Below are positions 8,495-18,068 of a stretch of DNA of 64,000 nucleotides, in pieces. The stretch is from an uncultured Devosiaceae bacterium (GTDB lineage Bacteria > Pseudomonadota > Alphaproteobacteria > Rhizobiales > Devosiaceae). The notes beneath the pieces were generated by a model. The model was not told the origin of the DNA, searched no databases, and saw only the letters and a list, made by a program, of their open reading frames with translations. A program made the translations under genes and the position numbers. The stretch's first letter is position 1. The number at the start of each line of letters is the position of its first letter. The stretch is taken from positions 1,227 to 65,226 of the forward strand of contig CAZNOZ010000001.1 in NCBI GenBank assembly GCA_964574935.1. The letters are read 5' to 3'.

Positions 8495-9700
8495 CTACTG
8501 CCAGCCGTCCTTGGCCCGGGCCGGGACAACGCTCAGCTTGTCGGTCGTCGCGCCGACGCCGACGAACTGGCCGTCCTGCCACTGGCCGACCGTGTAGTAG
8601 TCCCGGATGATGTTGCCGTCGAAATGCCACTCGCCCATGACGGTATCGAACGTGCCGTTTGTGATCTCGTCGATCACCGCCTGCTTGTCGAGCGAGCCGG
8701 CGCGGGTGATCGCCTGCTCGAGCACTTCCATGCTCGCATAGACCACGGGATTGGCCCAGTAGTCCGGGGTCTCTCCGGTGACCGCGATATGGCGGGCGAT
8801 GTAGTCCTGCATCACCGGTGAACCGATATCGACGCCGCCGATGCCGAGCACGTTCTCGGCTGCCGGGCCGTTGGCGCCCGCGAACGCGGGGAACGCCGTG
8901 GCGACGCCGACATAGTAGGCGCCCACGTCGAGGTTCTGGACAGTGGCTTCGCCGGTCAGCCCGAAGGTGTCGGGGGGATACGAGAAGGCCACGAAGGCGT
9001 CCGGATTGGCCGCCGCCGCCGCCGAGATGATCGGTGCGAAGTCGGCCTGATCGAGCGGATAGGAGCTGTCGTAGACGATCTCGTAGCCGGCATTCTCCAG
9101 CGCCGGCTTGCCGGCGTTGGCCAGCTCGATCCCGAAGGCGTCGGCGACGTTGACGACCGCCACCCGGTTGCCGATGACGCCGCGGTCGCGCAGGTCGTTG
9201 AGAACCTTGACCAGGGACTCGGCGTTCGCGGTTGACGTGCCGAGCGTCCAGAAGCTGTTCGGCCACCGGGCCGCGAATTCGTCCACCCCGTCGGTCACCG
9301 CGGTCACCGCGATTTGCGGATACCCGTATTGCGCGATGATCGGAGCGGTGGCCAGATTGATGCCGGTGCCGTAGGGGGCGACGAGGAAGTCGACCTGATC
9401 GACGGTCGCCAGACGCTGGATATTCTGGATGGCGTTTTCGTTGACGGTGCCGTCGTCATATTCGATCAGCTCGACCTTCATTTTCGTGCCGCCGACATCG
9501 ATGCCGCCGCGTTCGTTGACGTCGTGCACCCACAGGTGCAGCGCCGGCCAGTGCGTGACCGCGGCGCCCTGAGCGAGCGGGCCGGTCTTCGGTGCGCTGG
9601 AGCCGATGGTGATGGTGTCCTGGGCGACGGCCGCGCCGCCCGTGAGTGCCGCCGCGACCGCAGCGGCCAGTAGCGATTTGAGGATTGTGCTTTGGTTCAT
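8495..9700 (-). CDS. Periplasmic substrate-binding protein of the Leu/Ile/Val-binding (type 1 PBP) family; ligand unknown, possibly an aromatic compound given the context
   Basis: ATG at 9700. Signal peptide MNQSTILKSLLAAAVAAALTGGAAVAQD, followed by ITIGSSAPKTGPLAQGA and LVAPYGTG blocks typical of LivJ/K-like binding proteins. Confidence 0.85.
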   Translation of the reverse strand: MNQSTILKSLLAAAVAAALTGGAAVAQDTITIGSSAPKTGPLAQGAAVTHWPALHLWVHDVNERGGIDVGGTKMKVELIEYDDGTVNENAIQNIQRLATVDQVDFLVAPYGTGINLATAPIIAQYGYPQIAVTAVTDGVDEFAARWPNSFWTLGTSTANAESLVKVLNDLRDRGVIGNRVAVVNVADAFGIELANAGKPALENAGYEIVYDSSYPLDQADFAPIISAAAAANPDAFVAFSYPPDTFGLTGEATVQNLDVGAYYVGVATAFPAFAGANGPAAENVLGIGGVDIGSPVMQDYIARHIAVTGETPDYWANPVVYASMEVLEQAITRAGSLDKQAVIDEITNGTFDTVMGEWHFDGNIIRDYYTVGQWQDGQFVGVGATTDKLSVVPARAKDGWQ

Positions 9701-9735
9701 GGAATTCCTCCCGTTGAAGTGAATGTTTCGGCCCG

Positions 9736-11208
9736 TCAGATGGCGTAGTTCTGTGGGCCGGATTGGACGGTGATCCATCTGAGCTCGGTGAACTCGTCGA
9801 TGGCGGCTCTGCCACCGAACCTGCCGTAGCCCGAGGCCTTGACGCCGCCGAAGGGCATTTGCGCCTCGTCGTTTATGGTCGCGCCGTTGATATGGCAGAT
9901 GCCGCTCTCGATACGCAGGGCGACCTTCCAGGCGCGGCCGACATCGCGGCTGAAGACGGCCGCGCTCAGGCCGTATTCGGTGTCGTTGGCGAACGCGATG
10001 GCCTCCTCCTCGTCGCCGACCCGGATCACCGCGGCGATCGGGCCGAAGGATTCCTCGGCGTAGATGCGCATGCTGGGCGTCACGCGATCGAGGATGGTCG
10101 CGTCCAGAAACGCACCCTCGGTTCTGCCGCCGGTCACCAGCGTCGCGCCCTTGCCCACCGCGTCGTCGATCAGTGAGCGTACGCGCTGTGCGGCGCTGAC
10201 GTCGATCATCGACCCGAGCCGGCAGGCGGGGTCGCTCGGATCGCCGGCGACGATATCCTGCGCCCTGGCGGCCAGCAATTCAACAAACTCGTCGGCGACC
10301 GCCTCGTCGACGATCAGCCGCTCGGTGGCCATGCAGATCTGGCCCTGATGGTAAAACGAACCGAACGTCGCCGCCTCGACGGCGGCCTCGATATCCGCGT
10401 CGTCGAGCACGACCAGCGGCGCCTTGCCGCCGAGTTCGAGCAGGCACCGCTTGACGTATTTGGCGGCGATCTGGGCGATCAGGCGTCCGACCCGGGTCGA
10501 GCCGGTGAAGGTGATGCGGCGGACCGCCGGATGCGCGATGATCGCCTCGACGATTTCGGTCGCGTTGTCCGGCGCGTTGGCGATGAAATTGACGGTGCCG
10601 GGCGGCAGGCCGGCATCGCGCAGTACCTCGACGACGAGCCGATGGGTGCGCGGGCACAACTCGGAGGCCTTGAGCACCACCGTGTTGCCGCACGCCAGCG
10701 GCATTGCCAGCGCCCTGACGCCGAGGACGACCGGCGCGTTCCAGGGCGCCATCGAGAACACCACCCCGCAGGGCTGACGGATCGCGAACGCCATCGCATC
10801 GGTCCGGTCGGTGGGGATCACCTCGCCGAGGACCTGGGTGGTCATCGCCGCGGCCTCGCGCAGCATGTCGGCGGCCAGGGCGCAATTGAACTCGGCCCAG
10901 CCAGCGGTGCCGCCCGTCTCCGCGATGATCGCCTCGGCGAAGTCGGCGGTGCGCTCGACCACCAAGTCGGCCGCCCGGTTCAGAAGCCGGCGGCGTTCGC
11001 CGGGTCCGCTCCGCGACCAGGCGGGAAAGGCGCCGGCCGCGGCGTCGACAGCGGCGCGCGCGTCCTCGACATCGGCCGCCGAGGCCCGGGTGGCGAGCGC
11101 CGCGGTCACCGGATTGAAGCGTTCGAAGGTCGCATTGTCCCCGGCGGCCAGATCGCCGTCGTTGATCAGCAACGGGACATCGTGCACCGGCGCCTTCTCC
11201 TTGAGCAT
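9736..11208 (-). CDS. NAD(P)-dependent aldehyde dehydrogenase, vanillin/benzaldehyde/salicylaldehyde dehydrogenase-like
   Basis: ATG at 11208 (MLKEKAPVHDVPLLINDG). ALDH motifs present: FTGSTRVG, LLELGGKAP (catalytic Glu), GQICMATER (catalytic Cys), PFGGVKASGYGRFGG. The C-terminus WITVQSGPQNYAI resembles aromatic aldehyde dehydrogenases. An alternative upstream ATG at 11277 is possible. Confidence 0.85.
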   Translation of the reverse strand: MLKEKAPVHDVPLLINDGDLAAGDNATFERFNPVTAALATRASAADVEDARAAVDAAAGAFPAWSRSGPGERRRLLNRAADLVVERTADFAEAIIAETGGTAGWAEFNCALAADMLREAAAMTTQVLGEVIPTDRTDAMAFAIRQPCGVVFSMAPWNAPVVLGVRALAMPLACGNTVVLKASELCPRTHRLVVEVLRDAGLPPGTVNFIANAPDNATEIVEAIIAHPAVRRITFTGSTRVGRLIAQIAAKYVKRCLLELGGKAPLVVLDDADIEAAVEAATFGSFYHQGQICMATERLIVDEAVADEFVELLAARAQDIVAGDPSDPACRLGSMIDVSAAQRVRSLIDDAVGKGATLVTGGRTEGAFLDATILDRVTPSMRIYAEESFGPIAAVIRVGDEEEAIAFANDTEYGLSAAVFSRDVGRAWKVALRIESGICHINGATINDEAQMPFGGVKASGYGRFGGRAAIDEFTELRWITVQSGPQNYAI

Positions 11209-11313
11209 TGCCCGGCGGATCGACCGGCGCCGCTCGGATCGCGCGATCCGGGCGCCGGGCGCGCCGCCGGCCGACATTGAAAGCCCAAAGACCGGCTGAC
11301 GGAATGCAAATTC

Positions 11314-12270
11314 TTGGCTATGATTTATAGAAATTTGGCACTTGTCCCACCGAGCCCGGACCAAATGGCGCAATTCGCAACCGGAACCTCACGACGCACC
11401 ATCGCGGCGTTGCGCCTGGACTCCGGCCTGCAGGCGCGGCGCATGGCGTTCGATCGCCTGCTGCCCGCCTCCGACTACGCCGCGGTGCTCCTGACGGGCG
11501 GCAAAGCGTCGGTCGCCTCCGGCGAGGATGAGCTGCAGCTCACCGCCCCGGCGATCGGCTGGCTGCCGATCCGTCCCGGCGCCGCCCTGACCCAAGCGCC
11601 CGGCTCACCGGGCTACCTGCTGGGCCTAAGCGAGCAGGCCATCGTCGAGGCCACGATGGACAGCGTCGACGCCCCCTTCCTGCGCCACATGGCGGGGCGC
11701 GCCTTCCGCATCGACACCGCCGGGCTCGCCGAGGAGATCGCGGCGCTGTCCGTTGCAGTGGAGGGAATCGAGCGGGAAACGCGCCATGCCGATCGCGGCT
11801 CCCGGACGCTGCTGACGGCCTATGTGCGCATCATCGTGGTGGGGCTGTGGCGGCTGTCGGGCATCGAGCCCGGTGGCGCCACCGCGGTCGGGCAGGCACG
11901 CGGCGTGCTTATCGGGTTCCGGGAACTGGTGGAGATTCACTTCCGGGACCATTGGCGCATTCGCGACTACGCGGCCGCCGTGGGCGTCAGCCACGACCGG
12001 CTGCACGCCGTATGCACCCGCGATCTGGGCCGCACGCCGCTGTCGCTCGTCCATGACCGCCTGAATTTCGAAGCGCGCCAGCACCTGACGCGCGCCGCCC
12101 TGAACGTGCAGCAAATCTCGCACGCCCTGGGATTCCGCGACCCCGCCCACTTCAGTTCCTTCTTCAAGCGCCTCAACGGCGTTGGACCGTCGTATTTCCG
12201 GCAGGCGGCGCGAACCGACGAGGCCGGCGGCGCGCTCGGCGCCAGCGCCAACTACGCCGACTGGCCGTGA
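11314..12270 (+). CDS. AraC-family transcriptional regulator (PobR/aromatic-responsive type?), divergent from the ALDH-liv operon
   Basis: The C-terminal double HTH reads IRDYAAAVGVSHDRLHAVCTRDLGRTPLSLVHDRLNFEARQHLTRAALNVQQISHALGFRDPAHFSSFFKR. The start is uncertain. The first ~25 codons from 11314 are AT-rich with atypical third positions. ATG 11365 (MAQF) or ATG 11443 (MAFDRLL) may be the true start. Confidence 0.8.
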   Translation: MAMIYRNLALVPPSPDQMAQFATGTSRRTIAALRLDSGLQARRMAFDRLLPASDYAAVLLTGGKASVASGEDELQLTAPAIGWLPIRPGAALTQAPGSPGYLLGLSEQAIVEATMDSVDAPFLRHMAGRAFRIDTAGLAEEIAALSVAVEGIERETRHADRGSRTLLTAYVRIIVVGLWRLSGIEPGGATAVGQARGVLIGFRELVEIHFRDHWRIRDYAAAVGVSHDRLHAVCTRDLGRTPLSLVHDRLNFEARQHLTRAALNVQQISHALGFRDPAHFSSFFKRLNGVGPSYFRQAARTDEAGGALGASANYADWP

Positions 12271-12396
12271 CAATTGGGGCCCGGCATGGACGAATTTTTC
12301 CGTGACGCGGCGGCGCGGCGAAAGCTATGACAGACCTCACCGGCCCGCTGGGGTGACCGGTCAACGACAAGAACCGAGTTGAACAAGGAGGCCACA

Positions 12397-13515
12397 ATGA
12401 GCACCAAGCCGCCATTTCGGGCCGATCACGTCGGCAGCTTTTTGCGCCCCGCGGCGCTCGCCGCCGAACGCGAGAAATTCGCCGCCGGTCAGATCACCGG
12501 CGAAGAGTTGCGCGCAACCGAGGACGTCCATATCCGCGAACTGGTTCGCAAGCAGGAGGACGTCGGCCTGCAGGGGATCACCGACGGTGAGTTTCGGCGC
12601 GAATTCTTCCACGTCGATTTTCTCGAAAAGCTCAAGGGCGTCACCGTCACCTACGGGGAATTCAAGGTCGCGTTTCGCCGCGACGACGGCACCGAGGTCG
12701 GGTTTCGGCCGCCCACCATGCATGTCGACGCCAAAATCGAGCGCGACAAACCCATCCAGGGCCCCGATTTCGACTTTCTGAAATCCGTCGTCACCAAGAC
12801 CCCGAAGGTTTCGATTCCGGCGCCGTCCATGCTGCATTTCCGGGGCGGCCGCAAAGCGATCTCGGAAACCGTCTATCCGGATCTCGAGAAATTCTTCGAG
12901 GATCTGACCGCCGCCTACCGCGCCGAGATCGGCGATCTGGCCGATCGCGGCTGCCGGTATCTGCAGCTTGACGACACCAATCTCGCCTATCTCTGCGACC
13001 CCGAGATCCGCGAGACCACGCGCGCCCGCGGCGACGACCCCGACGATTTGACGCGGCTGTATTCCCGCCTGGTCAACGACGCCATCCGCGACCGGCCCGC
13101 CGACATGACGATCGGGGTGCATCTGTGCCGCGGCAATTTCAAGAGCGCCTGGGTGTCGAAGGGCGGCTATGAGCCGGTCGCCGAGATCCTGTTCAACGAA
13201 ATGGCGATCGACGCCTTCTTCCTCGAGTATGACGACGAGCGCTCCGGCGATTTTGCGCCGCTTCGCTTCATGCCCAAGGACAAGATGGTGGTGCTGGGGC
13301 TGATGAGTTCGAAGAAGCCCAGGGTCGAGCCCGCGGACGAAATCAAGACGCGCATCGAGGAAGCGACGAAATACGTCGATCTCGACCAGTGCTGCCTGTC
13401 GCATCAATGCGGGTTCTCCTCGACGGCGCACGGCAACGAGCTGAGCGAGGACGACCAGTGGGTCAAGCTTGCCCGCTGCGTTGAAGTCGCAAACGACGTC
13501 TGGGGCCAGGGCTAA
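12397..13515 (+). CDS. Cobalamin-independent methionine synthase C-terminal-domain-like protein (MetE-like, single-domain ~372 aa)
   Basis: AAGGAG lies 6 nt upstream of the ATG at 12397. MSTKPPFRADHVGSFLRPAAL, ITDGEFRREFFH, YLQLDDTNLAYLCD and a C-terminal CLSHQCGF (Zn-ligand region) fit the Meth_synt_2 fold. Confidence 0.75.
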   Translation: MSTKPPFRADHVGSFLRPAALAAEREKFAAGQITGEELRATEDVHIRELVRKQEDVGLQGITDGEFRREFFHVDFLEKLKGVTVTYGEFKVAFRRDDGTEVGFRPPTMHVDAKIERDKPIQGPDFDFLKSVVTKTPKVSIPAPSMLHFRGGRKAISETVYPDLEKFFEDLTAAYRAEIGDLADRGCRYLQLDDTNLAYLCDPEIRETTRARGDDPDDLTRLYSRLVNDAIRDRPADMTIGVHLCRGNFKSAWVSKGGYEPVAEILFNEMAIDAFFLEYDDERSGDFAPLRFMPKDKMVVLGLMSSKKPRVEPADEIKTRIEEATKYVDLDQCCLSHQCGFSSTAHGNELSEDDQWVKLARCVEVANDVWGQG

Positions 13516-13585
13516 GGCCAAAGGCCAGCCTGGCCCGAGGCGCGGGCGAGGTCGATGCGCTTCGTTCGCGGGCGGTGCGCGAGTT

Positions 13586-14575
13586 CTACTGGCCGCCGGC
13601 GCGGGCCGGGGTAGCGCGGTCGGGACGCGCCGTCTCCGGGTGCGGGACCGCGGAGCGGATTTCAGCAACCAGCACGTCGGCCGCCACGCTGGGAAGTCCC
13701 TCTGGACGGGTCGTCAGGCCCACCGGTCCGGAAGCGATGCCGGCTTCGAACGGCAGCTCGACCAAACCCCCCTCTCCGATCTCGGCGGCAACCACCGACC
13801 GCGAGATGATCCAGATCGCGTCGGAGGATTTCAGCAGGCTGATCGAAAAGACGGGAGAAGCCGACTCGACGACGTCACGCAGTTCGCCAATGCCATTGGC
13901 GATCAGCGCCCGGTCGACCTCTGGACGGATGGCCGACCCGGCCGGCGGCAGCACGACCGGGAACTCCACGATGCTGGCGAGCGTGCCGCTGCCGGCAAGG
14001 GCGAGGGGATGGCCGGTGCGCACCACGAAGACGACGCGCTCCGAGTACAGCCGCTCGAACTGCAGCCCGGCCATTTCGGCGGCCTCCGCCATTCGTCCCA
14101 CAACGAAATCGAGTTGGCCGGCGCGCAGCTCCGCCAGCAGATAGACCGCAGGTCCGACCGCGACGCGAATTCTGGCCCGAAGCCCGTTGCCTCTGGCGGC
14201 GAGCACGGCTGCCGGCACCACTTGCCCGGCCACCGTCGGCAGCGCGCCCACCGAGACCGTGGCCAGGCTTTGTCGGTCGCTGGGATCGACGCTGGCGATC
14301 GCCCGGCGCAATTCGGAGACGGCGGGTCCGGCGTGGCGGCGGAACGCTTCTCCTTCCGCCGTCAGCCGCACCCCGGCCCGACTGCGCTCGAACAGCTGCA
14401 CCCGCAGGGTCGCTTCGAGCTCGCCGATCGTCTTGGAGACCGCGGGCTGCGTGACCCCCAGTGCCCGCGCCGCGCCGACGAAGCTGCTGCGGCCGGCGAC
14501 CTCGAGAAAGCAGTTCAGATGCCGGAACCGGATCCGGCTGCCGAGGGTGGCGGGAGGCTGCAACGCCATATCCAT
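13586..14575 (-). CDS. pcaQ: LysR-family regulator of protocatechuate catabolism, PcaQ-like
   Basis: GSRIRFRHLNCFLEVAGRSSFVGAARALGVTQPAVSKTIGELEATLRVQLFERSRAGVRLTAEGEAF closely resembles the PcaQ N-terminal HTH. The gene is divergent from pcaD. The start is ATG 14575 or 14569. Confidence 0.88.
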   Translation of the reverse strand: MDMALQPPATLGSRIRFRHLNCFLEVAGRSSFVGAARALGVTQPAVSKTIGELEATLRVQLFERSRAGVRLTAEGEAFRRHAGPAVSELRRAIASVDPSDRQSLATVSVGALPTVAGQVVPAAVLAARGNGLRARIRVAVGPAVYLLAELRAGQLDFVVGRMAEAAEMAGLQFERLYSERVVFVVRTGHPLALAGSGTLASIVEFPVVLPPAGSAIRPEVDRALIANGIGELRDVVESASPVFSISLLKSSDAIWIISRSVVAAEIGEGGLVELPFEAGIASGPVGLTTRPEGLPSVAADVLVAEIRSAVPHPETARPDRATPARAGGQ

Positions 14576-14583
14576 TTGGTTAT
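14568..14583. promoter_or_regulatory. Candidate PcaQ/LysR operator (imperfect inverted repeat ATATCC-N4-GGTTAT)
   Basis: ATATCCATTTGGTTAT at the pcaQ 5' end, facing pcaD. The right half, GGTTAT, is the reverse complement of the ATAACC half-site reported for PcaQ boxes (ATAACC-N4-GGTTAA). The left half matches 4 of 6 positions. Confidence 0.3.
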
Positions 14584-14653
14584 GGAAACATGCCACAATT
14601 TCACTTTTCATTCGAAAATGGAATACCTATTCTGACATACCAAGAGGGGCCAA

Positions 14654-15443
14654 TTGCAATTTGCACGCGTCAATTCAACCACCTTGTGCCACTCCGTCGT
14701 GCGGGCCGGGGGCGATCGGGGGTGGCTGGTTTTCGTCAATTCCCTGGGCACGGACCACCGCATCTGGGAGCCGGTGGCGGCGGCGCTCACACCGGGCTGG
14801 AACGTCTTGACCTACGACAAGCGGGGGCACGGACTGTCGGACACCGGGAGCGCGCCCTATGCCATGGACGACCATGTCGACGACCTCGCCGGGCTGCTGG
14901 CGCATCTGGACATATCGCGCGCCGCGGTTTGCGGGCTATCGGTCGGCGGAATGGTGGCGCTTGGCCTGGCGGCGCGCCATCCGGACCGCGTCAGCGCATT
15001 GATCCTGTGCGATACCGGCGCGCGGATCGGCGACGTCGAGTTGTGGAACGCCCGCATCGAGGCGATCCGGACCCGGGGCATGGCGGCGGTTGCCGACGCG
15101 GTGCTCGAGCGCTGGTTCACCGAGCCGTTCCGGGTCCCCGACAATCCCGTCTTCGCCGGCTACCGCAACATGCTCATGCGGACCGACCCGCAGGGATATG
15201 CCGGCACCATCGCCGCCATTCGCGACACCGACCTGACCGATCTCGCCGGCACGCTGACGGTGCCGACGCTGTGCGTGGTCGGCGAGCACGACCTCGTCAC
15301 GACGCCCGCCGCCATGGGCGAGTTGGCGGCGCTGATCGGGGGAGCGCGGCTCGAGATCATCGCCGACGCCGCTCACCAGCCGCAGATCGAACAGCCACGG
15401 GCGCTCGCGCGCCTCATTTCGAGTTTTCTGGAGGATGCCGCCC

Positions 15444-15454
<11 letters not shown>
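14654..15454 (+). CDS. pcaD: 3-oxoadipate enol-lactonase
   Basis: TTG start preceded by GAGGGG. MQFARVNSTTLCHSVV, LVFVNSLGTDHRIW, nucleophile elbow GLSVGG, alpha/beta hydrolase of 266 aa, first gene of the pca operon. Confidence 0.88.
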
Positions 15455-16584
<1,130 letters not shown>

Positions 16585-16585
<1 letters not shown>

Positions 16586-17199
16586 TGGTCCAGGATCTGG
16601 GTCGCCTCAAGGAATCGCCCTCGCAGACCGCCGGCCCTTACGTCCATATCGGGCTGACGCCGAACCATGCCGACATCAACGGGATCTATGGGGAGGATCT
16701 CGGCAAGGCGATGGTCAGCGACGAGACCAAGGGCGAGCGCATCACCATCACCGGACGGATCTTCGACGGGTCCGGATCGGTGCTCCGCGACGGCGTGGTG
16801 GAGATCTGGCAGGCCGACGCCGCGGGGCTCTACAACAGCCCCTCCGAGTTGCGCGGCGACGCCGACCCCAATTTCACCGGCTGGGGCCGGACCGGCGTCG
16901 ACTGGGAGACCGGCCAGTACCGCTTCGAGACGATCAAGCCCGGCCGCGTGCCGTTTCCCGACGGCCGGATGCAGGCCCCCCACGTCACCTTCTGGATCGT
17001 GGCCAGGGGAATCAATATCGGCTTGCAGACGCGAATGTATCTCGGCGACGAGGCAACGGCCAACGCCGAGGACCCGGTGCTGACCCGCATCGAATTGCAG
17101 GTGCGCGTGCCCACGCTGATCGCGGCGCGGGACGGCGATACCTACACGTTCGACATCCACCTGCAGGGCGAGAACGAAACCGTCTTCTTCGACATCTGA
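16585..17199 (+). CDS. pcaG: Protocatechuate 3,4-dioxygenase alpha subunit
   Basis: The ATG overlaps the pcaH stop (TGATG). MVQDLGRLKESPSQTAGPYVHIGL, VEIWQADAAGLY, APHVTFWIVARGI. Length 204 aa. Confidence 0.92.
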
Positions 17200-17207
17200 G
17201 GTGCGCG

Positions 17208-18068
17208 ATGGCCGCTTTCGTGCCGCTAGCCGAGGCCCTCGGGTCCTATCTGCACGATGGTGACAGCGTCGCCTTCGAGGGCTTCACGCATCTGATCCCG
17301 CACGCCGCCGCCCACGAGGCGATCCGCCAGGGGCGCCGGGACCTGACCCTCATCCGCATGACCCCCGACATCATTTACGATCAGATGATCGGCATGGGCT
17401 GCGCGAGGAAGCTGGTGTTCTCCTACGCGGGCAATCCCGGTGTCGGGCTCCTGCGCCGGCTGCGCGACGCCGTCGAGAAGGACTGGCCGCGCGCCATCGA
17501 GATCGAGGAACACTCCCACGCGGCGATGGCCAACGCCTATGAGGCCGGCGCCGCGGGGCTGCCCTCGGCGTTCTTTCGCGGCTACCGCGGCGTCGAGCTC
17601 GCAACCGTCAATCCCAACATCAAGTCCGTCACCTGCCCATTCACCGGCGAGGAGCTGGCGGCGGTGCCCGCCGTCAGGCCCGACGTGGCGATCATCCACG
17701 CCCAGCGGGCGGACCGGCGCGGTAACGTGCTGGTCGAGGGGATCGTCGGGGTCCAGAAGGAAGCGGTGCTCGCCGCTGGCCGGGCCGTGGTCACGGTCGA
17801 GGAGGTCGTCGACGACGTCACCGACGTCCATCCCAATGCCTGCGTGTTGCCGCACTGGACAATCACCGCGATTTGCGAGGTGCCTGGCGGCGCCCATCCG
17901 AGCTACGCCCACGGCTACTACGACCGCGACAACGCGGCCTATCTGGAATGGGACGGGATTTCCGCCGACCGCGAGGAATTCCAGACCTGGATGGAGCGCC
18001 ATGTGCTCGGCGCGACCCCGGACGTGTTCGCCGGGCGCGTCGCGCACCTGCGGCGGAGGGCGGCGTGA
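17208..18068 (+). CDS. pcaI: 3-oxoadipate:succinyl-CoA transferase subunit A (GctA-like CoA-transferase family)
   Basis: MAAFVPLAEALGSYLHDGDSVAFEGFTHLIPHAAAHEAIRQGRRDLTLIRMTP. Length 286 aa. The assignment rests on its position between pcaG and pcaJ/pcaF. Confidence 0.82.
   Translation: MAAFVPLAEALGSYLHDGDSVAFEGFTHLIPHAAAHEAIRQGRRDLTLIRMTPDIIYDQMIGMGCARKLVFSYAGNPGVGLLRRLRDAVEKDWPRAIEIEEHSHAAMANAYEAGAAGLPSAFFRGYRGVELATVNPNIKSVTCPFTGEELAAVPAVRPDVAIIHAQRADRRGNVLVEGIVGVQKEAVLAAGRAVVTVEEVVDDVTDVHPNACVLPHWTITAICEVPGGAHPSYAHGYYDRDNAAYLEWDGISADREEFQTWMERHVLGATPDVFAGRVAHLRRRAA

Noticed and set aside
7570-8529. N-terminal 320 codons of the 642-aa ORF 6601..8529
   Set aside because: This part overlaps livH in a different frame and is Arg/Gly-rich. 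The LivM-like membrane protein begins at the ATG at 7569, which forms an ATGA overlap with the livH stop.
11336-11341. Sigma-54 promoter suggested by TGGCAC
   Set aside because: The required TTGC(A/T) element 5 nt downstream is absent; the sequence continues TTGTCCCACC.
12271-12396. Possible SAM-II or cobalamin riboswitch upstream of the MetE-like gene (contains CGAAUUUUUCC ... GGCGAAAGCUAUG)
   Set aside because: Only the AAAGCU word resembles the SAM-II 3' strand. I could not find the complementary GGCUU-type pseudoknot partner. At 126 nt the region is too short for a B12 element. A covariance-model scan would be needed; no support by eye.
12361-13668. 435-aa minus-strand ORF
   Set aside because: It is an antisense shadow of the MetE-like gene and the pcaQ 3' region, with the low-complexity composition of a shadow ORF. 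The plus-strand ORF has a strong RBS and clear family blocks.
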